Shown piece after piece: positions 47,408-60,006 of a stretch of DNA of 64,000 nucleotides. Position 1 is the stretch's first letter. Each line of letters starts with the position of its first letter. The stretch is from Alloascoidea hylecoeti (lineage: Eukaryota). Where the stretch lies: NCBI GenBank assembly GCA_001600815.1, contig BCKZ01000001.1, positions 1,645,389-1,709,388 on the forward strand, written 5' to 3'. Under the pieces are notes generated by a model that saw nothing but the letters and a program-made list of their open reading frames with translations, was not told the origin of the DNA and did not search any database. The position numbers were made by a program, and so were the translations under genes.

Positions 47408-49555
47408 ATGGGAAGACGGAAAATTGCTATTAAACCATTAACAAACGAGAGAAATCGTTCTGTGTGAGTAAATGTTATCAAATGAGTGATATATCTATGA
47501 AACTAACTGAGGATCTCTTTGTAGCACATTTGTTAAAAGAAAGGCAGGTTTGTTCAAAAAAGCTCATGAATTGGCGATTTTATGTCAAGTGGACCTGGCT
47601 GTTATTATATTTGGTACAAATGATAGGGTTTATGAGTATTCTTCCGTTGAAACGAAGGAGCTTCTAAAAAACTACGAAACGGTATGTTCAAACTACTTGT
47701 TGCCTCTTCTCCTGAGTCAAGAACAAATCTAACGTGTTTATTGTAGATTATGGCCCCGTTTGAAGCAAAGAGACCAGCCGACTACGATCCTTCTTTAACA
47801 GACACGTCTTGGAAAAGCAAATCTCATTCTTTTGATACTTCCAGATTAAATTCTGATGATGAGCATGCTGATGAACAAGATGAAAGTGACTCCCAAGACG
47901 ACGATGATGTAAATACAGATGATGAACATTTTAGCAGTTATACAAGAAACGCGTCTCATTCTAAGTCAATCACAAATAAAAACACTAATAAAAATTCTCA
48001 AATGCCACATTTACCGCCTAATCAATTAAATTCTTGGAATAATAATTCTTCAATAAAAACTGAAGAACAATTACCAAATAATCATTTCCAACCTTTTAAT
48101 AGTTCTTCTCGTTCGACATTGTCAAAATTTACAACAAATGAGGTTTCAAATCAGATCCAGAGTCAAAATCAAAATCAAAGTCAACATCGTCATAACAGCA
48201 ATAATAATAACCAAGAAATACCTTTATCCCATTCAAGATCCCATTCACAATCTCAAAGATCCTTGAACAATACTCCAAATATACCAAATAGATCCTTACA
48301 TTCAAGATCATCTTCAACGACTTCTAATATTCAATCAATTGGAATTCATTCGGCTCCTTCACCTTTTGCTCCGCCATCGCAGGCGCCAAGATTGTCAAAT
48401 TCAGGTTTAAATTCAAATTCAAATAATATGAGACCAAAATTAAAGGTTCAGATCCCTGGTACTAATGCTAATAATCCTACGTCTCATAACGGCTTACATG
48501 GTAGTCCGGGTTCAAATTCTACTTTAACTCATTCTGAGTCTGAAAATTCGATGATGGATCAAAATAATCAACCACAATCAATAATTGCAAACAATCAAAA
48601 TAATCAACAACAACAACAGCAACAACAACAACAACAGCAACAGCAACAACAACAACAACAACAACAGCAACAGCAACAACATCAGCAGCAGCAACAGCAA
48701 CAACAACAGCAGAAATTACAATCACAGCAGCAGAATAACTCTTTACAAATACCAACAACTGTTCCACCACCGATATTACCAATTTCATCCCAAAATAGTC
48801 CATTATCAGCATCTGCAACAGGTGGACCATTCTTTGTATTACCTCAACCATCACCATCATATCAAACACTTGTTAATAATACATTTCCAAAAAATTTATT
48901 CAATTCAACAAATGGTGAACAAACTCCATTATCTGGTTTACCAAGTAGATATATTGCAGATTTATTACAAAGTCCGTCGAATTTTTATTCAAATGATTGG
49001 AATATACCGTTTGGTGTAAATGGTCCAAATTCTGCAAATATGATGACAACTCAATCATTAAACAGTAATTTAAATATTGGAAATGGCTTATCTATTATCA
49101 CTCCAACAAATTATACTGCAAATAATCTGTCAATACTTTTAACAAATTCAAATTCAAATAGTAATAATAATAGCAGTAGTAATCAACAATCAACATCGAC
49201 AACGCAGCCAAATGGGAATAGATTGATTAGACAACCGCATTTAACAAATAGTGATCAATTACCATCACCATTAGGTATAACATCACCAGTATTAGGTAGT
49301 ATATCAGCAATTTCTAATTCAAATGCAAATTCCAATAATATTATGAATCCACCACCTCATACCTCAGGATCTTTAAATATAACAATTCCGACTTCAATGT
49401 CTAATATAAATTTAAATTCTATGACAAATACTAATATAAATGGTAATAGTAGTGGTGATAGTAATGGTAAACAAGTTGATAATAATAAAGAAGAAAAAAG
49501 GAAATCTAATGAAGATTTAACTGGAGATTTAAAGAAAGTTAAGTATGGAACATGA
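47408..49555 (+). CDS. RLM1: MEF2-type MADS-box transcription factor Rlm1/Smp1; exons 47408-47463, 47525-47681, 47747-49555
   Basis: Splicing gives [39 protein letters not shown]. Also RPKLKVQIP docking motif and the LPSRY..DLL.SPS.FY block. Confidence 0.92.
48605..48712 (+). repeat. CAA/CAG poly-glutamine tract (Q25-H-Q10) in RLM1
   Basis: Read directly: 36 codons, with CAT at 48680. Confidence 0.95.
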
Positions 49556-52500
49556 CAAAATATTATGCAGTGGAGCACCAAACTTTGCTAATATTAATAT
49601 TGAAAAAAATTAGAAGTTCAACAATAAGAAAAAGAAAAAGAATAACAATAAGAATAAGAGTAACAACACCGATAAGATCATAAATACGGAGGATAAAAAA
49701 TTCTATATATATCAAAAAAGATAAAAATAGCATATATATGTAGTACCTACAACATGGAACATTCATTCATTTTTTGTTTAATTTTTTTATATGCAATTTG
49801 TTTTGTCTTATCTTTCACTTCTTTAAAACAAAAAAATCATTTTTGATTTTTCAGTTTACAATTGGTTTTTAATTTACTATCACTATTATTATTCAATTTT
49901 TTTAAGAACAAATAAAATTACTGACTTACTGCTTTTATAATTTTATATATGCTATGTTTATTTACTTGATTTAAATATCTTTTTAATCTTTTTCACATGA
50001 TTAAATCTCATCATATTATCTATATTTTGTTTTTTGTTTTGATTTTATTTCAGTTTCAATTTTTTGATTTCAATTATTTGTTTCCCCTTATACACTCTCA
50101 ATTTTATTTATTCATGGTATTACTTCCCATTTCTCATACTACATTTATTTATTTAGCTTATTTATTTAATTTAATTTTGGTTAATAAATTGTGATTAAGT
50201 TTTGTTTATTATATAATTATATATTTTATCTATAGCAATTTTGATATTTTTTAAACGTTTTTTTCTGATTGTTAATTCATTGTTGATATACTAAAGGGTT
50301 AAATACTTTTTTACATCCCAACGTTAACCGAATTATTAGCTCATACAAAATCATAAGAATTAGTTATGTTGGATTTATATTTAGACATCTTTCTCTATTG
50401 ATGCTCCAACTATGAATTTCACACATGGTAGACGTCATGAAATTTATAGGTTTTTTGTACAACTGCTGTAATGTTAACCAAAACAGTGTTATAGAATTAT
50501 ATAACTTTTTTATATGTAGCTTGATGATGAAATTATGATCATGTACAAATATGACGTACGAAGATCATTTTACCGTGTTGACTCTTATTCTTACCATTAT
50601 AATTAATATACTCAGTTTAAAACTTGAAATTATAAACGTGTTAATTAAAAAATTGATCGTAATATAGATGATGTTTTAATTTGATTCCGCGGCCACTTCA
50701 AATCCAACATTCTACATTTTCATTCTTAAGCTTAACATTATCTTTTTTGCAATTGTCCTTTATCTCTTTTATATAACCGTATGAATGTAAGATCTTATAG
50801 TTAATTATAATTAGGTGCTAACGCTATAATTAGGGTGCCCTCATGATCAAAAATATCACTGTTGGAAAAAATTGAACTACAATTCTTTAAAATCTCGATG
50901 TCCTATGGATATACATCCTCGACCGTCTCTATGTTGTAATTCTGTTATGGTGCTATAATTAATTGATCACTACTTCTTCCTCCTCCTCTTCTTCTTCTCC
51001 TACAATATCTATCAATCGTCTAGCTTCTATATGATACATAATACATATATAGTCATCGATATATTTGCAATTGGTTTTACAATTGTATTTACGCGTATAC
51101 CGAATTTAGTAATTAAGCTTACATTTGTAAAAATCTTTCTGGCAAATTTATGCATACCAATATTACCATTTACTATAGTTGCATTTTGAAACTTTATTAT
51201 AAGGCGCTCTATAAATTTGTGAAGGATCGTATTTGTAATTACATTATGTGTAGTACTTTGTCTATAAGATATTCTACATATATTACTACTTCTAATGATT
51301 TAATTCGTTACAACTGCACATACTGTACAATTGTAGTATACGTTATAATTACGAGAATAACATGGTATCAATTGTTAATTATAACGTTCCTCATCATATT
51401 TTTTCCCATGTATATCTAGATCTTAACTTCGTGAAGTTTGAACACTTCAATTATGAATCATGAATCAGATTGTTAACAATTATTAATATCACAGTAAAAT
51501 AGATCTTTTTTATGAATTCCCTCAAGCTTATCAACTTTTTAACTTATTCCCATGGCCAGCTGTGTTTTCTATACCCCATTGCAATCTTTTTGTCATCAAT
51601 CGAGAATCTAGATCTAAATCCTAAGCGCCTTGTATATATCAAATCTAAGTATCTAATATCTATTGAACCTGACAGTGGTTTATAATCATATAGCATTTTT
51701 CCCTGTCCGCTATCTACAGTATATAATGTAACTCATAACATGTTGAGTAAAAGTATAATTTAGTGAATATTTTAAAACCTCATCTCAGCGCTGCAATCAA
51801 TTGCGAGAGTTTTAAGACATTAAAGCCTCTCTCATTGCGAACTACTAATTATGTATATAAAGATAAGCATAATTATGTTAAAGGTTTTATGCTATAAGTA
51901 TATAGTATAGGATCAATGAACTTAAGCTTATGTATCTTGCAATTGTATTTGTGGTACTGGCGCTAATCGGTCCATATAGTTTGATTTTGGAAATGATATC
52001 GATTTTCACTTCAATATCGATCTCACAATCAGAATCTTTAATTATGTATAATTGATTATAGACAATAACAATATAAATAACTCAAGTAATATCGCGTGTA
52101 TTACACCATAATAACCATATAATTATAACTTATAACTTATGAACCACATGTACCAGTGTATATTAATTATCTTTCAGAATATTATTTACAGGATATCAAT
52201 CGGATGTGCTTTAAGTATATATAGCAAATATATAATCAGTTATACCCGTATATGAAAATCTATTAGTGTCCTGGTGAATCTTTTATCCAAGGATATCTGT
52301 ATAATTAATTCTTATAATTAAGATAAGCGCGAACTCAAACCTACTCATGATAATGGTACGTATATTAATCAATTAAATAAGATAACTTTTTATCAAAACA
52401 CTAATATTTATCATTATAAAATCATGATGTTATGTATGTTATGCTCCCAATACAGTTAAAAACGGTCAAATCTGGGAATGGACTTCTAATTAATGGTTAT

Positions 52501-52870
52501 GAAATAGTTCAGAACAAATGTTTCATATAAAGCCCCTGGCACTTATAAGCTTATAATGTACTGTATACGGTATAAACTGTATAATTAATTGTAAGTTATT
52601 AAATGTGTAGTGCTATAGTAACCAGAAGCCGATATAGATATGTAAAAATTATAACTGTTATAGAGAACATTAAGTATTTATATTGTATAAAATTTGAATA
52701 GAAAGTAAAAGACGGTACACGGAGATACAAGAAATTAACTATGGCAGCCGTACCTGTATGTTCGCTTGCTATGGAAATAACAAAATCAAAGCTTAAGGAA
52801 AATCTTTAGCTAGTGACTATCTTTTAATTAGGGTCGGATTTCTTTTCGTGAAAGTTAGAATTATAACTGA

Positions 52871-53000
52871 ATGACTATGGTTATGATCGGATTTGATACA
52901 ATTGATCAACAGGGTGAAAGGATGCTAGTTATAGACACTAATGCGTCTAATTACATAAGCTACTACACGACCCTAACCAATTGTAGATCGCAATATTATC
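52871..53000 (+). mobile_element. Possible Ty3/gypsy RT-RNase H junction remnant
   Basis: MVMIGFD...MLVIDTNASNY (cf. L.TDAS.Y) then YYTTLTNCRSQY; short and degenerate. Confidence 0.3.
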
Positions 53001-53842
53001 AGCAAATATTTTCTAGTGATATTCCTGGATCAGGATTTGGAGTCGGGACATCCCAAATAATATCAGAGGTCATAAAGCTTTATTAAAAGCACAATATAAA
53101 AGGGTTGAGTGGACAGAAAAATATATGCAACAAACGTACCGCCTGGGAGATATTAAAAAGACCAATTTTACATTAACTAGGTCATAACGATGACAAAAAC
53201 CGATCAAGTTGGAAATTATTGCGATATATGCATCGTAACGATCTACATAATAGCTTTATTAATAGGTGGTTTGATCTTTAACATAAATATTTTAACAATT
53301 TTGTTTAAATACCAAGAAACTCCAGCTTCATTAGTTTTGTCTCAAGCTTCAAAAAAAGATTTCAGTATTATTGTTGAATAATCCCGTGATCCTTTGATTT
53401 TTTGACCGCCCAATCAACGTTAACATCTTTGGTTCAAAATTTCAATTCACAGTTCAAAATCATTTTGTTACGTGATAATTTGATTTTTTGATTCAAATTC
53501 AATAAAAAAAATAGATACAAGTAAGTTTTATATTCATATATATTCTTGTACATATTGGACGAAACCAGTAAAAAGAATCCGGGTGAAGAAACAAAGACTG
53601 GCAAGGATAAACTTAACTAAATTAACCTTCTAAATAAGGATCTCACAGATTTAAACCTTTTTTTTTCATTGATAATTTTTATCTTTCAGTGGATATTTGT
53701 CGGGTTTTTAAACCTTCCAAGGAATTTGGCAGTGTTGATCTAAAAAATAATAATTTTGTTGGTTTTCGTCCCTTTGCATCTTCATCCAATAATCTATTGT
53801 CCGTTGTTAGACCAAATATTAATATTTATAGTAGAATATACG

Positions 53843-56800
53843 ATGTTCAACCCGGCGATTTCTCTTTTGGCTTCCTCTGCTACTCATTCGGCCCATAAAC
53901 CATTCCATGTTATTATCCTGGTGTCTGTAATAGCATGTTTCGCCTATTTATCAGTTCTCGATGAATACGTCCCTGAATTTTCTACTCCAAGCGCAGTTTC
54001 ATATTATTATCCCGGTATAAAAGATCATGATCAAAGTGCTTTATTAAAGGAATCTAAATGGTCAATTATAGACAATTCAACATTCCCTAGAGACGCAACA
54101 CATTACGCGCTGCTCACATTCAGATTAGTTGGTCAGAAAGATGATGAAGAGTTTATAAATGCTGATATAAGTGGCTCATTTGCTGGCGACTCTCCATATG
54201 AAAGAAAACTGGTGGTTCCTTATAATCAAATTGATGAGGTAGTTCCAACATTATCTGAAATTAAGCCCAAGAATAAAGAATCTCAAACCGTATGGAAACT
54301 TCGACCTTATAGGAATACACTTCACTGGAAGGAAAGAATTTTATTAGTATGGAACAGATTACAGAATGCTATTAACAGGGCTGATACCTTTGATATTGTT
54401 CTTGTTAGTTCAGCATACGTTTTAATGACTTATACTTTTGGTGCTCTTTATTTCAATATGAAGAAACTTGGGTCAAACTTCTGGTTAACTTTTGCAACTG
54501 TTTTATCATCATTCTTTGCATTACTTTTTGCATTAGTTACTGCTAAGAAGTTTGATATTCATGTTTCATTGAGAAGTCTTTCAGAAGGTCTTCCATTTTT
54601 TGTCGCGACCATTGGGTTCAATAGTAAAATCCAGTTAACTAAACAGGTATTTAAAAAATCTCGGGACAATCAAAGATTAATAATTTCACCAATTATCAAT
54701 GAAGTTGTTCGTGAAGATGCATTTTCTATATTGCGTGATTACGTTGTGGAATTTGGTGCATTTTATTTATGTTACGCTGTTATTGCAACGGATAGTAACT
54801 TATCTAAATTTTGTTTTGTCTGTGCCACTTTGTTGGCCTATGATGCTTTACTTCTGTTCTCCTTTTTTTCTGCAGTATTAGCATTGAAATTTGAAATTGG
54901 TAAGATAAATCAGAATTTATTCATCAAAGAAGCTTTAGAAGCTGATGGTATCTCTGAGGCTGTGGCAACATCTGTTGCTAATGATTCTATGTCTCTAAAG
55001 GAAATGAACCAGGACAGTGACCTTAGATTGATAAACAACGGTGATTCATGGGCTAAGATCTCGATATTCAAATTTTTAATGGCTGGTGGATTCGTTCTCC
55101 TTAATGTTTTCAGTCTTTCTATTTTTATTCCATCCCTTTCTGAATCACCATCTGTTCAGTTTGTTAATGATAATGCTCTTTCTAAGGAAATAGCAAGACA
55201 TGTGCCTTTGGGTCCAAACGGTACTGTGTTGACTGTCCGTCCTGCTTTACTTTATAAACCTTTGGAAATTACTGTTGAGTTCGAAGATGCAATCTATAAA
55301 GTGTTGCGCAAGGTTAGTGCGGGTATAAGAGATCCTTATCTAAGTAAAGTTCTTATTGTCTTTTTCTTTGTCAGTCTCTCCTTAAATGCTTACTTGCTAA
55401 GTGTCGCAAGGGAAGCTGATAATGTTGAAGTTCATAAAACCAAGAAAACTGAAAATAAGCCTGTCGATCCTGTCGCTGTTAATGCTGTTACTTCGAACTC
55501 CACTTCTCCCAAAGAATTACTTACCCAAGATGTTGCGGATTACTCTGTGGATCCCACAAAACCAAGAAGGCCTTTGGAAGAATGTATTAGTGTTCTTAAG
55601 CAAGGAAAAGCTAAAGAGTTAGGTAATGAAGAAGTCCTTGACCTTGTTACAAATGGTAAACTCCCACTTTATGCCTTAGAGAAACAACTTCAGGACACTA
55701 CCAGAGCCGTTGCTATTAGAAGATTGGCCATCGCAGAAACAGGTAATATTCCAGTTCTGAAACAGAACAAATTACCTTTCCTTCATTATGATTATGATCG
55801 TGTTTTTGGTGCATGTTGTGAAAATGTTATTGGTTATATGCCTTTACCAGTTGGTATTGCAGGACCAATTATTATTGATGATAAACAGTACTTTATTCCT
55901 ATGGCTACAACAGAAGGCTGTTTGGTCGCTTCCACCATGAGAGGTTGTAAAGCTATAAACGCTGGAGGTGGTGCAGTAACGGTTTTAACTCAAGATGGGA
56001 TGACTAGAGGCCCATGCGTTTCTTTCCCAACGTTGAAAAGAGCTGGTGAGGCAAAGATTTGGTTAGATTCTCAAGAAGGTCAAGATCGTATGAAAGGTGC
56101 ATTTAACTCTACATCTCGTTTCGCTCGGTTACAACATGTTAAAACTGCTATCGCTGGTACTTTACTTTTCATCCGCTTCAAAACTACTACTGGTGATGCT
56201 ATGGGAATGAATATGATTTCCAAAGGTGTTGAATTTGCTTTAGGTAGAATGGTTGAAGATTTTGGTTTTGAAGACATGGAAGTTATTTCTGTATCTGGTA
56301 ACTATTGTACTGATAAGAAGCCTGCTGCTATAAATTGGATTGAAGGTCGAGGAAAGAGTGTTGTCGCAGAAGCTATTATCCCAGGCGAAATTGTGCGAAG
56401 AGTTCTTAAGAGTGATGTTGATGCGTTGGTTCAACTAAATATTAGTAAGAATTTGATTGGAAGTGCAATGGCGGGTAGTGTTGGTGGATTTAATGCTCAG
56501 GCAGCAAATTTAGTAACTGCTATCTATCTGGCTTGTGGTCAAGATCCAGCTCAAAATGTTGAAAGTTCAAATTGTATAACGTTAATGAAAAATGTTGATG
56601 GTAATTTACAAATTTCTGTTTCAATGCCTTCTATTGAAGTTGGTACAATTGGTGGTGGCACTGTTCTTGATGCCCAGGGATCTATGCTAGAATTACTTGG
56701 CGTTAGAGGTCCTCATCCAACGCATCCAGGAACAAATGCTCGACAATTAGCAAAGATTGTTGCCGCCGGTGTTCTTGCTGCTGAACTTTCGTTATGTTCT

Positions 56801-56950
56801 GCTCTGGCAGCTGGGCATTTAGTTCAAAGTCATATGCAACACAATAGATCAAAGGCACCCACTCCAGCTGCTGCAACTCCTGTGTCTGGTAGGTCAGAAG
56901 TTGATTTACAGAGATTACGACAGGGTGCCCAAATTTGCATTAAGTCATAA
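53843..56950 (+). CDS. HMG1: HMG-CoA reductase
   Basis: HPIH-like KPFH motif, sterol-sensing domain (LSEGLPFFVATIGF), catalytic CCENVIGY, MATTEGCLVAS, DAMGMNM, GTIGGGT, GHLVQSHM. First ATG is 53843. Confidence 0.96.
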   Translation: MFNPAISLLASSATHSAHKPFHVIILVSVIACFAYLSVLDEYVPEFSTPSAVSYYYPGIKDHDQSALLKESKWSIIDNSTFPRDATHYALLTFRLVGQKDDEEFINADISGSFAGDSPYERKLVVPYNQIDEVVPTLSEIKPKNKESQTVWKLRPYRNTLHWKERILLVWNRLQNAINRADTFDIVLVSSAYVLMTYTFGALYFNMKKLGSNFWLTFATVLSSFFALLFALVTAKKFDIHVSLRSLSEGLPFFVATIGFNSKIQLTKQVFKKSRDNQRLIISPIINEVVREDAFSILRDYVVEFGAFYLCYAVIATDSNLSKFCFVCATLLAYDALLLFSFFSAVLALKFEIGKINQNLFIKEALEADGISEAVATSVANDSMSLKEMNQDSDLRLINNGDSWAKISIFKFLMAGGFVLLNVFSLSIFIPSLSESPSVQFVNDNALSKEIARHVPLGPNGTVLTVRPALLYKPLEITVEFEDAIYKVLRKVSAGIRDPYLSKVLIVFFFVSLSLNAYLLSVAREADNVEVHKTKKTENKPVDPVAVNAVTSNSTSPKELLTQDVADYSVDPTKPRRPLEECISVLKQGKAKELGNEEVLDLVTNGKLPLYALEKQLQDTTRAVAIRRLAIAETGNIPVLKQNKLPFLHYDYDRVFGACCENVIGYMPLPVGIAGPIIIDDKQYFIPMATTEGCLVASTMRGCKAINAGGGAVTVLTQDGMTRGPCVSFPTLKRAGEAKIWLDSQEGQDRMKGAFNSTSRFARLQHVKTAIAGTLLFIRFKTTTGDAMGMNMISKGVEFALGRMVEDFGFEDMEVISVSGNYCTDKKPAAINWIEGRGKSVVAEAIIPGEIVRRVLKSDVDALVQLNISKNLIGSAMAGSVGGFNAQAANLVTAIYLACGQDPAQNVESSNCITLMKNVDGNLQISVSMPSIEVGTIGGGTVLDAQGSMLELLGVRGPHPTHPGTNARQLAKIVAAGVLAAELSLCSALAAGHLVQSHMQHNRSKAPTPAAATPVSGRSEVDLQRLRQGAQICIKS

Positions 56951-58007
56951 TTATAAAGGATCCGTCCATCAATATTTTCATTTGCATATAAAACAATAAG
57001 GTTTCTAATCTATCTCAAATAATTTGGTTTGGCATTTTTTTTTTCATATTTGCATGGTATTTTGTTTTTATAACTATCAATACAAGAAATTGGTTAATCA
57101 ACTTTAATGTACCAGTAGCAATTTTTTAAATATAACCGAACGATTAATAATTATTATGGTATATTTACATTATATGGCTCTCTCCACCTCTCCAGCTATA
57201 GGCGAATTAATTAAAGTTGATTATTATTGGTTATCATATGCATACAAGGGTATATATTTAAGCTTACTCATTTACCTATTTTTCCATATTTTTATAAGAC
57301 ATATAATTATATACAATTAATATATTATAAATTTGCTATATCGAAATCGATAATGTTATCGGCGCTTGACATGATTAGAAACAGGTACCACTGGCTTACC
57401 AGTAGCTTACCACGTATAATCATAGGATGTTAGGTGGGGGTTCACTCCTCTCCTTTAACTATGAAAGTCAGGATTAAACTATCCTATCCCTCTATTTGCA
57501 ATTGAGAGACGGGATGATGTTGGCAGATTGATACACAAGCGGTTAATACGTACTGAAAAATGGTCAATATAACCCTACAAAACACTAATAATAATGCTAC
57601 TGATTATTCTTTACAAATATAAAGATATATTTATATTGTAATTAAATAATTTTCTAATATTAAGTTTACCGTTAATATTAATACATGTAACTATGAAATC
57701 AAAGAAACTTACCAATTAAATGTTTCAAGCGGTCAGCGAATTCATTTCTTAAAAATAAGGATACCAGTACTAATATTAATATTGTAAACGTTATATTGTA
57801 GAATGTTTGATTCTGGTCCATAAATACCTACCTATATGGGACAACTGCAAATTATTTAGCTACGGTTACAAAACACTGTAAGATTAAAAATAAATAAATA
57901 TAAAAATATTAAAACATAGATCATTACTAATTAACTACTATCAGAAAGATAATTGTATTTACAATTAATTCCCAGCTATTGTACACATAAAAGTTATAAT
58001 AAAAGTC

Positions 58008-58622
58008 TCAAAACATTAATGCAATTGGAGCAAAAGCACCAACTAGAATTAATCCGAAAAGAGCTTTACTTGGATTCGAGCCTGAAGAACCCGAAGAACT
58101 TGTAGTTGTTGCGGCACTAGAACTACCTGTAGTTGTATTTGACTGCCCAGTTTCGGATGTGGATTCAGCAGTTTCTGTAGCAGTAGAATCGGTTTCTGGA
58201 TTATATGCTTCACCAGTACCATAGGCGGCAGAGGCTTCATAATAAGTTCCTTGGGCATTTATAAGTTCTGTTGAAATTGATGCCGGGAGAATCCAAGTAT
58301 TAGCACCAACTGAATAACATAACGACTCAGCTAAAGAAGAAGCGGAAGCAACATCCCCTCCTGAACAACTTTCAGCGAAACACTCGGCAACAACACCAGA
58401 CCAATTAGCCATAACACAAAAACATCCTGTATCCCAATATGGACAAGGAGTAATATCTGTATCAAGTTCGACACATTCTTGGGCACATTTGGGCAATAAA
58501 TCATAAATAGGGTCTGCAAAACCATTAATGCTAGCGGTTTTTGGTACAGAAGGATAAGTAGACCAGTTAGCGGCCAAAGCTTGACCTATTAGAAGAACCA
58601 CAGTTAAATTAATGAAGAGCAT
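58008..58622 (-). CDS. GPI-anchored CFEM hemophore-type protein (Rbt5/Pga7/Pga10 family)
   Basis: Signal peptide, PSVPKTASINGFADPIY...CA.ECV...TPCPYWDTGCFCVM 8-Cys CFEM domain, Ser/Thr-rich stalk, hydrophobic C-terminus. The track's 58673 start is TTG. Confidence 0.9.
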   Translation of the reverse strand: MLFINLTVVLLIGQALAANWSTYPSVPKTASINGFADPIYDLLPKCAQECVELDTDITPCPYWDTGCFCVMANWSGVVAECFAESCSGGDVASASSLAESLCYSVGANTWILPASISTELINAQGTYYEASAAYGTGEAYNPETDSTATETAESTSETGQSNTTTGSSSAATTTSSSGSSGSNPSKALFGLILVGAFAPIALMF

Positions 58623-60006
58623 TATTTGAAGTTTATGACACAGAACTTTCAAAATAATGGAGGAACTATCCAAATAAATAGTCTAGCATGGCTTCCAATA
58701 ATTTATAGGAAGAATAGATTAAACCATTATCATTAGGTAATCATCATATACCACAATTACCTTACAATTGAATTTCCGCGCTTCTCAAAAGGAAATAAAT
58801 ATGCAGATGATGCATTAGGTCTTAAACTAGCTTGTAATTGACCATATAATAGCTGATAATTAAACTTAAGATATCAATATAAAAAAATATAGCATCCGGA
58901 GTCTATACTATATTTATTATTTACCTAGGCCTTTTAATTGAAATATGCGTTTATGTAGATCAAGATGTATTTGTAGATCTCCTGGGCCTGTTTGTATCCA
59001 TTCACATAGTGTCTTTCTATAACAATTATCGACAAGTTACATTTAAAAGAATCAAGAGCATTTATCAATAGAATACTAATACCACATATAACAAAAGTTT
59101 TTAAAAAATCAGCTATAAATTAAACCTAGACGTTGTTTGGGTTAGAAATTAAATGTCAATAGTCTTTTCGGCTAAAATTCGTGTACGGCGAATGGAGCTA
59201 TACATGTATAATTATAATTATGAACAACATATTAAATTTACTTGGCTTACAACATCTTTGAAATTCCGCTCAGATAGATCTATAGCTAAATCTACAATTC
59301 CCAATCGATATCAGTGACTACTCGAACCAAATTCACTATAGTAGTGAAATTAAAAAAGGTAGAATCAAACAAAACAAATCACTCATTTAGAAGAAAATGG
59401 ATTAGTCTGTAGATTTTTTAAAGATCACCTACAACCGATTGATGACATATGTGTACCATTGGTTGTAATAATTGTACGACACGACAAGCATTCATAATCA
59501 TATGATTCTGATCAATAGATCGATCACGATCACAATATAAAGATTATTAAGATCAAGAATCAAGACGGCCATATGCTGTACATGTCGGTATACAACACTG
59601 TCAACGTTAACACTGGTGTTTTTAGACAATGTTGAAAAATTAATACAACAAGATATTTGGTAAGCCGCTGAAAAAATGCACAAGGCTAGGGGTTCAATTC
59701 CTGAACCCTTCGAAGAATTCAAAAGATTTTTCATATTAAGGTTTTATAGGACTAGGTTGCATTGTATTTTGTTCCCATTCATTATTAGCTGAATACCCGA
59801 TAATTAGTCGGAATTCTACAATGATAAATACTGGCTGGTTTCCTTTCGAAGTCTACCAAATAATAAAAATAATCAATAAAAGTCCTGTGTCAGAGTGATT
59901 AATTAATTCGGTATTTTGTTTAGTGTTAGCTTTATATCATTTATTGCTGTTATAATTGCTGTTATAATTGCTGAGAAAATTCGGCGCAAGTTAGTTTAAT
60001 CTTATA

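Noticed and set aside
48519..49019. Poly-Val/Ala and poly-Asn ORFs
   Set aside because: Alternative-frame shadows of the RLM1 CAA/CAG repeat.
59688..59710. B-box-like GGTTCAATTCC within a small hairpin
   Set aside because: No acceptor stem, D-arm or anticodon arm can be built around it, so it is not called as a tRNA.
59943..59973. Short tandem repeats (ATTGCTGTTATA x2.6; also 44357-44378 and GATAAT repeats in CHM7)
   Set aside because: Ordinary slippage repeats with no spacers; not CRISPR-like or telomeric.
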